NCBI GenBank assembly: GCA_951406725.2
Contig: OX597814.1
Span: 152,954,001 to 153,018,000 of the forward strand
Direction of reading: 5' to 3'
DNA from: Octopus vulgaris
Lineage: Eukaryota
Length of the DNA: 64,000 nt
Part shown: in pieces, positions 12,950-27,681 of the stretch
How positions within the stretch are numbered: position 1 is the stretch's first letter
How the letters are laid out: every line of letters begins with the position of its first letter
Program-made: the position numbers and the translations under genes
The notes under the pieces: model-generated
Told to the model about the DNA's origin: nothing
What the model saw: only the letters and a program-made list of their open reading frames with translations
Database searches by the model: none

Positions 12950-13162
12950 GTTTCAAATTTTTTGCACAAGGCCAGCAATTTCGAAGGCGGGGTAAATCTA
13001 TTACATCGACTTCAGTGTTCAACTGGTACTTATTTTATCGACTCTGAGAGGATGAAAGGCAAAATCGACAACAGCGGAATTTGAACTCAGAACGTAAGGA
13101 GGGAGGAAATGCCGCTAAGCATTTTGGCAGGAGTGCTAACGATTCTGCTAACTCACCACCGC
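12950..13162 (-). mobile_element. SINE family B
   Basis: Homologous to 10663-10897 and 19275-19484. Confidence 0.8.
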
Positions 13163-13717
13163 TTATATATATATATATGCACACACATGCACATACACAC
13201 ACTTCCACACACCCACACGTACATACATACACACTCATACACATACACACACACACACACACGGACATACATCTATGCACACACATATATACACACATAC
13301 TCACATACATTCATCGGACACACTGACACCCAGACATACACACAGACACACTCACACATCCACACACATACATACTTACGCGCATACTCGCAGGCGCGCG
13401 CACACACGCGCTTGCGCCGGTTCGCGCACGCATACGCGCTGCATGCACCTCGCTCTCGGACCCGACGAGACCTCCCGCTCGTTCCTGGGACCGTCGCTTG
13501 TCGTTGGGTTTTCCCACGCCCGTCTCCGCGGGACCACTCTTCCATCTTCCCCTCAGCTGGAGTCCTTTTTCCTTAACCCCCCCTTTTTTGTTACACACGC
13601 GCGCACACATATACACACATTGCTTAAATATATACATTACTCTTACACACATTCAATCTACTCGCCATTAATACTACCACGACACTGGACACACACGCAC
13701 ACTACTACTCAACACAC

Positions 13718-16960
<3,243 letters not shown>

Positions 16961-17616
16961 GAGAGAGAGAAGGGGAATCCGCCTTTCTTAACACCATACA
17001 TTTATTTATTTAGTCATGTGTTCAAGGAAGCGGTTTAAGGGTGGTGATCTCTTAAAATAAAGGTGTGGTGTGGTCATTACTGAAAGTCTTTTTGCTTCTT
17101 TCTCTCTTTCCTACTTCTTCCTTTCTTTCTTTTTCCTTTTCTTCCCTTTTTCTTCTCTTTCCTTCTTGTTTCATCTTACTTTCTTTTTCTCGTCTTTGAG
17201 TTATATTTAGAATACAAAATGTACTGTCTCCGATTTTCTTTCAAACATTCAATTTTGGAGAGAATTTTTTGATGAAATGCAGTTCTGAATATTTTGCAGA
17301 GATGAACCACATTTGGAATAAAACATTCAAATTCTCCGGTTTACCTTCAAACATTCAGTTTTACAGAGAATCCCTTGATGAAGTGTGTGTTGGAGAGGAA
17401 CATGTCCATGCTTATACTGTGTAACTTCGAAGTTTTGCATGGAAAAACAAAATCATGCTTCTTTCAATTTCATGTTTTTTGCATTAGAAATCATAAGTAT
17501 AACACTTAAAACTGGAATAACAGGCAAAGCTCAGAGCATCTCAATACCACACTTATACACCTGAATATTTACAGAGATGAGCATTATGTTTCCGATATTT
17601 GAGTTATATTTAGAAT

Positions 17617-17817
17617 AGTTCCTGGCTTTGTGCAAAATAAAATACATTAGATTCATTTAATTATGATTTTATCCAACATATTCCTCTCTCAGATTCACAC
17701 ACTTATTGCAGCAGTTTTTCAGTTTTCTAAGTACTGTGAAAGAACTCAGAAGGTTGGCTCCAACCATGCCTTTCGCGACACCCTTAAAACCAAGAACTTT
17801 TTCAGCACCCCGTTGTA
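17617..17817. mobile_element. Mariner-type MITE, left end truncated
   Basis: Near-identical to 18775-18975. Confidence 0.8.
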
Positions 17818-17824
17818 GTGTTTG

Positions 17825-18180
17825 CAGCATTCAATTTTGGAGAGAATTTTTTGATGAAATGTAGTTCTATTGCTTTTCGGCATTGCGGATCGTCCCGTGC
17901 GCATTTGTAAAAGAGAAAAGATTTTTTGAATTTTCCGTTGCTGCATATTTCCAGATGCTTACTTAATGGAATCTTACGTAATCTCTCTTGCCGGATATGT
18001 TGCCTGTGGATTCTTGCACGTTAGCAGAGGGAATTATTTGTTTCGCCAATATAATTTTCTTTGCAGGTTGGGCAGGTAATGCAGTATATGGAGTTTTGCG
18101 TTTTGCAGTTCATATCTGCATTTATTTTGAAAAAGGATCTGCTCTTGAATTTTATGTGGGAACCACTCTCTGAGTATTTA
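17825..18180 (-). pseudogene. Penelope-like element GIY-YIG endonuclease remnant
   Basis: Manual translation: FKINADMNCKTQNSIYCITCPTCKENYIGETNNSLC*RARIHRQHIR...SKHLEIC...RKAIELHFIKKFSPKLN; one in-frame stop. Confidence 0.88.
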
Positions 18181-18444
18181 AAGTTGTCTATCTATCTACC
18201 TATCTACCTACCTATCTTTCTATCTATCTGTCTCCATTGTCATAGAACCTCACCCCAAAAACAAAAACAATGTTCTCCGCTTCTAAACACCACCCCCCAA
18301 AAAAAACATGTTTTATATAAATGAACAAGCAGTTTGTACATTCACAAAATTCTATTTGACAAGTTCGAGAAACGAACGAAAGCGCTAATAATAATGCAGA
18401 AATAAAAAAGATTTTTCCCCAACAATTCTGGCGACCTTTTTTCT

Positions 18445-18508
<64 letters not shown>

Positions 18509-18758
18509 GAAATATATGTAAATTATGAGTGAAGAGTCTCATTTTGTGAATTAGAGATTTTAAAAATGTAATTAAAACAAATTTATTAAACTTCCAAATC
18601 CCTTTGTGACTTTTGGTTCATCCTATATAAACGAGTGGTGACATTTCAAAAGATACTATAAAAATGTATCTTTCCAGACTACTGGACACGAGGAATGAAC
18701 TCAAACAAAAAGAAAGAATACTCTTCATTAATTGTTAAAAATAGAAAACTAGGTTGTA

Positions 18759-18975
18759 CGAGGGGGTGCTGAAAAGTTCCTGGCTTTGCGCAAAAGAAAA
18801 TACATTAGATTCATTTAATTATGATTTTATCCAACATATTCCTCTCTCAGATTCACACACTTATTGCAGCAGTCGTTCAGTTTTTCTAAGTACTGTGAAA
18901 GAACTCAGAAGGTTGGGTTCCAACCATGCCTTTCGCAACACCCTTAAAGCCAAGAACTTTTTCAGCACCCCGTTG
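18759..18975. mobile_element. Mariner-type MITE, complete
   Basis: TA|CGAGGGGGTGCTGAAAAGTTC ... GAACTTTTTCAGCACCCCGTTG|TA. Confidence 0.85.
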
Positions 18976-19274
18976 TAGTGTATGCAGCAAGTGTGACGCT
19001 CTTGGTTTTGAACAACTACAAGAAATAAGTTATCATGTGAGTTGTGTAGTCTTAATCTAATAGGTGTAGCAGTTAGTAGTGAAAAGGCAATACATTTTAA
19101 TAAAAGAGTTTGTTTTTTTATTAAGTACAAAAGTAGTGAAGCCCAATTCAGATGTAAACAAAGAAAATCAATGAAACAGCTGATAAAAAAAAATCGAAAA
19201 TATAGCATATGTATGTCACTGAAAAATGACGAAACGAAAACAGCCGAAGTTTTCGAAAACTATATAATATTAGT

Positions 19275-19484
19275 TTTAAGTTTTGGCACAAGGCCAGCAA
19301 TATCGGGAAAGAAGGTAAATCGGTTACAGCGATCCCAGAGCTTAACTGGTACTCATTTTATCGAACTCGAAAAGACGAAAGACAAAGTCCACTTCGGCGG
19401 AATTTGAACTCAGAACATGAGGACGGACGAAATGCCGCTAAGTATTTTGTCCGGCGTGCTAACGATTCTACCAGCTCGCCGCCT
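19275..19484 (-). mobile_element. SINE family B
   Basis: Same head and central domain as the 10663 copy. Confidence 0.85.
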
Positions 19485-19724
19485 TAGAAGAGTATGATAT
19501 TGTGCACAAAATTAACCCATTCACAGATATTTTTTATAATACTGAACAGTAAAAACAAAAAGTGATCTTAACTTGGGGTTCGTTCTGCACTCTTGTAAAT
19601 GCGAAAGATAGTGAGGCAAATGCGAAAAATGGTGGTGAAAAATATAATTTCTAAACAATCTGAAACACTTTATTATGATTGTTGATTCAACTTCACTTAA
19701 TAGCAAAACTCGTCTTATAGTTTA

Positions 19725-19960
19725 CTTGCTATAAAAGCGTTTCCTAGATGATGCAGCCTTGATTTCTGAAGTCACGTCGTGGTTGGAGGACCAAGCTGGG
19801 GTCTTCTACAAAAACGGTCTCCAGAGCTGCATCAAACGATGGGAGAAATGCGTAACTCTGGGTGGTTCCTATGCAGAAAAAGACTAATAACTGTGCCAAG
19901 TTTCGTTGCTCTACTGCAATGGGAAGTGGGTCAGGGGCATTACTTATTGAACGCCCCTCG
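19725..19960 (+). mobile_element. Mariner 3' end fragment
   Basis: FYKNGLQSCIKRWEKCVTLGGSYAEKD* followed by TIR ...TTATTGAACGCCCCTCG|TA. Confidence 0.85.
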
Positions 19961-20394
19961 TAGCTGCCGAATCTTTCTACCCAATACCCGTCAATTTCAA
20001 CTTAGAACATTTAAGAATTAGTTCAAAGGCAAACTTATACATGATGGGTTTCTAAGTAGAATATGTATTCGTGGTTTTTCAACGTGATACCACCTAAATA
20101 TTAGGAATGAAACCAGAGGCTGCAAAACTCTGTACATTGCCGTATCATTATATTCCGTTTCGTGGGGAGGACAGTATATTCAAAACGGAGAATAAAATGG
20201 ATACCAAAAAAAGAAAAACGAGAACGAAATTCGTGAAGACTCCCAACTACCTCAATGGATGTTCCAAACTATGGGGACTCGTTCGAAGAGAGCCAGAAAA
20301 AGATGGAAGAGGTATTAACCAACCTGGATGAGAGCCTTCACATACTTCTTCTAGGAGGCTTCAACATTCCTTGTGTCCTTTCGGGTATGTAACT

Positions 20395-20560
20395 GCATGA
20401 ATGAAGGGAAGTAAATTGTGGGGATGCGAGGGGTGCGGACAATCAGGTTGGAGGCGGTGGGGGAGACGGGAGGAGGAGATGAGGTCATGGACGATGGAGG
20501 ACGCAGTGTGTTGGTAGCTGGGCGTGGGGTCGGAGGGCAGAGGATGGCGAAATCGGTCTA
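20395..20560 (-). pseudogene. Penelope-like reverse transcriptase fragment
   Basis: LPSDPTPSYQHTASSIVHDLISSSRLP, a frameshift, then TASNLIVRTPRIPTIYF; resembles the PLE region preceding LPKIHK. Confidence 0.65.
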
Positions 20561-20731
20561 CGATTAATTCTGTATTTTGTATATTTTCATCTGTCTTACC
20601 CGCTTTTGTTCTGGTGTTTGCTGAAAATCTCTGGAGAACATTCTTTTCTTTGTAGTTAGATCGTAGATGATATTCTTCTAGCATATTGGATGTCCACTTG
20701 GTGGTCGTCCCTTATTATATGTTTATATATA

Positions 20732-21532
<801 letters not shown>

Positions 21533-22049
21533 ATATGAGAGTAGAAAAACAGTCAACAACTGATGAAGGGTCGTTCTTTATATTGTTTGTCTGGTTTTCC
21601 ATTTGTGTCCTTCGTTGTTCGAAAAAATAGTTCATATTCCATGTACTCGTACTTCGTATTTTTTGTTGTACACGTTTCGTGACGTCCTGTTCCCACATAT
21701 GCATACATATATATGTGTGTATGTATATGTTGTTGACTGTTTTTCTACTCTCATATTTCTAACATTTAGCAACAATATACTCTTTCGATAAAATAGTTGC
21801 TTCTGCAAAGCAAATGAATCAAAATTTAGGATTTTGCGGAGGGTCAAAATTGATAACACAAACAGGACAGTGAAGACAAACAGGAAGGGCTGCTAAGCCT
21901 AATGGAGGTTGTGTTGGCGAACGCATAAATCAAGCTTGGACAGGAGACAGACAAGAACACGTCTTCCTTGTTCCAGCTACAACGGAGAGAAAGAAACACA
22001 AATTAAGAGAAGAAAGAAAGATGGCCGATGGTCATATATATACACACAC

Positions 22050-22082
<33 letters not shown>

Positions 22083-22204
22083 TGTATGTATGTATGTATG
22101 TATTATGTATGTATGTGTGTATGTATGTGTGTGTATGTGTGTGTGTGTATAAATCTTTCTCTTTACCTCTCTTATACCTACTGCAAGTTATCTACATATC
22201 TACC

Positions 22205-22317
<113 letters not shown>

Positions 22318-22971
22318 GCAGACAGACGGTAATTTGGTGGGATGTGTCTAATAATTTCACCTCGTTACTATCCACTTCCCTTGTGAAACCGCTTAGATAC
22401 GTTTCTGTATCTTCGTAGTATTTTATGTTAGAAATACTATAACTGTATACCAGGAAATGATTTATTTCTTTAATAACACTAAATGAATTCCGTTTGTAGT
22501 AATTAGAATAATTGTATAACTGTATTGTCACTTTGACCGTGCATTTTGCAAAAAATTTTAACAAGTAATTTAGTCGACTGTTTGGCGTTGGTTAATAGCG
22601 GCAGTTTTATTTACACAGGCCTACCACAAGTATATATGAATGTCAATTAAAAAAAAAATTTTTTTAACCAGTGATACTTCAATAATTATTGATGGTCTGT
22701 CAAACTTGGGTTTAAGGTCGTAGAAATGTGAAAGTAAATTGTCCTAAAGTAGACAAGTATATTGTAATAGAAACCGAAAGGATGACAGTGACATCTCCAA
22801 ATGCCTTAAAATGGATACTGGGAATTCCCTCATATTATCACGTCCACAGATACCAACGTGTATAGTACCTTCTAGTGATATGTTAAGTATTTTAGAAGTA
22901 GCAGCTGAGGTACACTGTTTCAACGTACTATACCCAGTAACGAACACCACTGAGAAGGGATAGTTTATCTC

Positions 22972-23309
22972 TCTATATATATAAACGGTAAAATGTCTGT
23001 GTGTGTGTCCTTTATACAAATCCACAATTTTTCAGTTAAAGGGCTCGCACTTTCTATGGTCATTCAAAACTGTCCAAGGGTGGTCGTGCACATCTTTACA
23101 TTTCCTTAGTCACACTGCAAAGCCATTAAAAATTCAATAGAAGTGACTTTTTTGTGAATTTTCTATCCAAAACCCAATCAAAATGCCCGAAACTTGATAC
23201 GCCAATTGAATGCCAGCTAGCTGTATGTGATTGGTCGGAGATTTGGACAGTACTCGCGTGTATGCATGCACTAACACTATGACCCAGCAACGCCGGGTCA
23301 TAGTGCTAG
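22972..23309 (+). mobile_element. Non-autonomous Helitron-like element
   Basis: 5' TCTATATATATAAA; 3' hairpin GACCC..CAACGCC.GGGTC, then CTAG|T. Confidence 0.75.
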
Positions 23310-23930
23310 TCTTATATAAAAATATGTTCGGTTTTCATGTTATATTAAATATATGCTCGTTCTATGCATTCATTGTTTACATGAGGGATGTTACTATCAT
23401 CACTTGCAGTTTCTATTGTAATTCCCCTTTATTTATTTTTAGAACAATTTACTTCCATGTTTTTTGTACGACCGTAAACTACATCTTAATTCAAACCTGT
23501 ACCATTATGTAAATGAACTGTTCCTGTTCGCGTTTTTTTTTTTTTCATTTCAATAAATACTGTCCCGTTACACTTTCTAGGCGCCTTCAGATGGAAAGTA
23601 AACGGATTTTGGTGAGTTGCAGACTCACAACGAAACCAGTCGGTCCGATCTTCATGTGAATCTGCCGAGAAAGCCTTTATGATGTATAGATATGGATATG
23701 ATACTGTATATATATTTATTTATAATCATCGCTGTATGTTCGCTAGTTATTCAGACTGCTAAACATTGGCTTATGCATGATGAGTTTAATGTAGTATGGC
23801 CCCTAAGTATAAGGTAAAAGCAGGCTTAATGAGGAAGCCAGTCAAAGGGGCTGACGCTACGTTGTCGATAGATCTGCTAGAAATATTAACCAAATCATCC
23901 TCAAATCATACCCACTATTTTACATTTGAA

Positions 23931-23980
<50 letters not shown>

Positions 23981-24143
23981 GTAAGGAAAAAATTTTTAAA
24001 AATGCAGAATGCTCAAATGAAAGAAAATTTTAATAAAATGAGAAATTGATAAAATATATAAATATATATTTTATCAATTTCTCATTTTATTAAAATTTTC
24101 TTTCATTTGAGCATTCTGCATTTTTAAAAAAATTTTTCCTTAC
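23981..24143. repeat. ~160-bp near-perfect palindrome
   Basis: GTAAGGAAAAA...GATAAAATATAT | ATATATTTTATC...TTTTTCCTTAC. Confidence 0.95.
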
Positions 24144-24195
24144 TTATCATTTCTCCACGTGCGGTCAACACAACCCCACCATTTATTGATCTATA

Positions 24196-24277
<82 letters not shown>

Positions 24278-24290
24278 TACATACATATAC

Positions 24291-24357
24291 ATATATTAGA
24301 AGAAATGAGGTAATCAGAAGATCGGACCTTCTGATTACCTCATTTCTTCTAATATAT
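24291..24357. repeat. Hairpin with 30-bp perfect arms
   Basis: Arms 24291-24320 and 24328-24357, 7-nt spacer. Confidence 0.95.
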
Positions 24358-24466
24358 AATACCTGTACATCATCTCCAAACCTTCCAATACATATACATA
24401 TACATATTTCGTTTTTGGATTTGGTTTGCAAGATTCTTTATATGAGTTCGTGTCTTGAAGCATTTT

Positions 24467-24719
24467 CTGTTGTGTCTGTGGAGAGTCATTCTCTTTTAGT
24501 GCCTTATTATTTAACACACTCACCGGTAAAATTTCCACTTATTTCTTATTTTTTTATATTTTCTAAAATTTTCGTTGCGTCTTGCAACCTTACTATTGAA
24601 AAGGTTGCAAGACGCAACGAAAATTTTATAAAATAAAAATAAGAAATAAGCGGAAATTTTACCGGTGAGTGTTAAATAAAAAGGCACTAAAAAAGAATGA
24701 CTCTCCCCAGACACAACAG
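24467..24719. repeat. ~250-bp imperfect palindrome
   Basis: CTGTTGTGTCTG...TTGCGTCTTGCAACCTT / AAGGTTGCAAGACGCAA...CAGACACAACAG. Confidence 0.9.
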
Positions 24720-24720
24720 T

Positions 24721-24815
<95 letters not shown>

Positions 24816-24817
24816 GG

Positions 24818-24862
<45 letters not shown>

Positions 24863-24953
24863 TAATCCAAACGGGAAAACAGAAAAAACAACAACACGTG
24901 GAACAATTACAGTATTATTATTATTAGGCGCTCAGGAAAATGGAAGAAGGAGG

Positions 24954-24988
24954 GTATGACGTTTCGAGCGGAGCTCTTCGTCGGAAAC
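24954..24988 (-). ncRNA. Hammerhead-like motif, CCGACGA variant (copy 2)
   Basis: Reverse complement is identical to the 14118-14152 core; lies in a PLE-like repeat at 24858-25062. Confidence 0.5.
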
Positions 24989-25070
24989 ATAGGAGAAAGA
25001 AAGATCCCGAGACGGGAGGACAGAGGAAAAAAAAAAATTGCAGGTAGTCTTCACGAGGTCACATATATAT

Positions 25071-25334
25071 ATTACGGAGATGTACTCGCATAGCAAGTAA
25101 TTTGATCTGAGACCGTGTACTGAAACGAAAACAATTGCAGCGTGGAAGGTGTTTATAAGCCATTTAAGAAACACACAAAAGCCGTTCGTGCAGCACGGAT
25201 TTTTGTCAGTGAACAGGTCGCGGATTTTAGCGACGAAAATATTTTGACAAATTAAACTTAAATGTTGAAGTGAATCGAACGGCTTTTGTGTGTTTCTTAA
25301 ATGGCTTATAAACACCTTCCACGCTGCAATTGTT
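25071..25334. mobile_element. Short repeat with a 59-bp perfect inverted arm, between (TA)n tracts
   Basis: Arms 25130-25188 and 25276-25334; a related copy lies at 58270-58451. Confidence 0.75.
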
Positions 25335-25516
25335 ATATATATATATATATATATATCTTGGCTACACGCGGGTGGAAGGGGGCTGGTGACACAAACTTTC
25401 ATTCAAACTTTGAATTTCGTGGTACTGGTCATGCTTTGGCTCGCTCTGACACTGAGTTGAGATGACGCATTCTAGTATCTCAAAATTTAATATACAATTA
25501 TTCACAATTGTAGTAT

Positions 25517-25608
25517 CCTGCGCCGATGAGAGAAGAAGTCTGGGTAAAGTAGAATTTTCTAATTCTTATGATATCCTAAAACTTGATCTCGAAACGTACG
25601 TCCGTAGG
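25517..25608 (+). ncRNA. Type I hammerhead ribozyme (CCGAUGA core), copy 1
   Basis: Stem I CCTGCG/CGTAGG, core CCGATGA, stem II GAGA/TCTC with long extension, GAAA, palindromic stem III ACGTACGT, GUC site after 25602. Confidence 0.75.
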
Positions 25609-26106
25609 TAACTTAAAATTGCATGATGGATTGCCGTCATTTCATTCTTTCTTTCTTACCTGTCTGTGTTTGCCTTTTAAGTGCTGTGTTTTTACTGAGA
25701 TCCCCCTTTTAGTAGAAGGGAATAGCTATATCTCTTTGACTGCTATTTCTAAATTCGGTGTGTTGGTGAGGCAATTCGTTGCTAAACTCTTAATTACTTA
25801 GTATTACTTAAATTTTCCTCGAATGGGGCTTTTACATACCGAAATCTACTTGGTGTAATTGATAATTATCCCTAATTAATTAATTTCACCCTTTTATTAT
25901 TACTGATAACCATATTTTATCCCAGTAAATGACCACAGCATTTTGTCTTGGCTACACGCGGGTGGAAGGGGGCTGGTGACACAAACTTTCATTCAAACTT
26001 TGAATTTCGTGGTACTGGTCATGCTTTGGCTCGCTCTGACACTGAGTTGAGATGACGCATTCTAGTATCTCAAAATTTAATATACAATTATTCACAATTG
26101 TAGTAT

Positions 26107-26198
26107 CCTGCGCCGATGAGAGAAGAAGTCTGGGTAAAGTAGAATTTTCTAATTCTTATGATATCCTAAAACTTGATCTCGAAACGTACGTCCGTAGG
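26107..26198 (+). ncRNA. Type I hammerhead ribozyme (CCGAUGA core), copy 2
   Basis: Identical to 25517-25608, 590 nt downstream; predicted site after 26192. Confidence 0.75.
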
Positions 26199-26404
26199 TA
26201 ACTTAAAATTGCATGATGGATTGCCGTCATTTCATTCTTTCTTTCTTACCTGTCTGTGTTTGCCTTTTAAGTGCTGTGTTTTTACTGAGATCCCCCTTTT
26301 AGTAGAGGGAATAGCTATATCTCTTTGACTGCTATTTCTAAATTCGGTGTGTTGGTGAGGCAATTCGTTGCTAAACCCTTAATTACTTAGTATATATATA
26401 TATA

Positions 26405-26934
26405 TATAATTTTAATCCAAACGGGAAACAAAAAAACAACAACAATGGAACAATTACAGTATTATTATTAATAGGCGCTCAGGAAATGGAAGCAGGGAGG
26501 TATGACGTTTCGAGCGGAGCTCTTCGTCGGAAACATAAAGAAGGAAGAGAGAGGAAAGAAAGATCCCAGAGCGGGCAACAGGGATAGAGAAAAAAAAACG
26601 ACTGGTGTTTACGAGTTACACATGGTGAAAGGCGGATGTTTACGATAACAAGGGCAAAGTGGGTTTTTAAAGGCAAAAGAGTGGAGACAAGGTTGGTAAC
26701 GCAACAGATGTGTGTGTATGTGTGAGTGTGTGCGTGTGCGTGTGTGTATGTGTGTGTGTGAGGCGAGATAAAAAAACAAAAAATATATGTATGTGTTAGT
26801 GTGTGCGTCTGTGTGTAGGCGTGTGAGGTAGGGCGAGACGGTGGTCAGCATAGCAGATAAAGGTCAGTAGTAAGAAAAAGAAGGAAGGAGGAAGGAGGAA
26901 GGGAGGGAGGGGAAGGGGTGGGGGCGTATGTAGC

Positions 26935-26937
<3 letters not shown>
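26405..26937 (-). mobile_element. Penelope-like terminal repeat with a hammerhead variant at 26500-26534
   Basis: Reverse complement of 13718-14245; (TA)n on both flanks. Confidence 0.7.
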
Positions 26938-26970
<33 letters not shown>

Positions 26971-26984
26971 TTATTTATTTTATA

Positions 26985-27601
26985 GAAGGAGCTTCTACAG
27001 GACTAGAACTGTTTCATTCAAATGAAATCATCAGGAAGCCTCTATTCTGTAGAGGGGCAGATTGTTATTGAAATTTACAAGAATCACAAAGAGAAGAGGA
27101 AGGAAGTAGAATTTAATCAGTTACTGCTATTAATGCTATCAAAGAGAAGGGAACGGGAAGCTAAGGGGATGGACACAAGTTGATACTATAAGAAAAATCT
27201 AAGCTTGTTTGGTGCAAAATTCTAACTGAGGTCAACAATTTATTTCTTTATTTATAAATGTTACTATTAATAGATTGTTAGGTTACAATGAGAGGTCATT
27301 AGAAAGGAAAGAAAAAAGGGGTTGTTGATTAGCAATTCAATATGAGCTATATATAGACATGCACAAATTCTGTAAGTTTAAGACCTTTCATCGGATCTCC
27401 AGGAATCGAACTTTCTTCAATGCAGTTAATCTTACACCGTCATTTGTATCTACCCCTTTTGATGTTTGGGAATTCTCTGATGTTTTTTCGGCTGACGAGT
27501 ACGAGCCATCTGTATTTACTGCATTTTTTGTAGCTTATTAAAGATGTCCTCGTACGAAACAATTGTACCGAGATTTTAATCCATTCTTGTTGCTTTTTTC
27601 C
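26985..27601 (-). mobile_element. 5'-truncated Penelope-like element 3' end
   Basis: Begins with a GIY-YIG-like C-terminus (KQQEWIK, frameshift, NLGTIVSY) and ends in a canonical hammerhead; TA-rich flanks. Confidence 0.7.
26990..27040 (-). ncRNA. Canonical type I hammerhead ribozyme
   Basis: Reverse complement: GGCTTC-CTGATGA-TTTCATTTGAAT-GAAA-CAG-TTCTAGTC-CTG-TA|GAAGCT; stem I 6 bp, stem III 4 bp, GUA triplet. Confidence 0.8.

Positions 27602-27681
<80 letters not shown>

Larger units (their letters stand above)
25356..26391 (+). mobile_element. Retrozyme-like / non-autonomous Penelope-like partial tandem (590-nt period, ~1.75 units)
   Basis: 25356-25802 is repeated almost exactly at 25946-26391; each repeat holds a hammerhead; (TA)n on both flanks; no meaningful ORF. 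Confidence 0.8.

Noticed and set aside
25100-25140. CTGAGA...CGAAAAC as a shortened hammerhead core
   Set aside because: Stems I-III cannot be built convincingly in either family copy.
23930-27680. Repeat-spacer alternation resembling a CRISPR array
   Set aside because: The separators are variable (TA)n tracts in eukaryotic DNA; no constant repeat and no cas genes.
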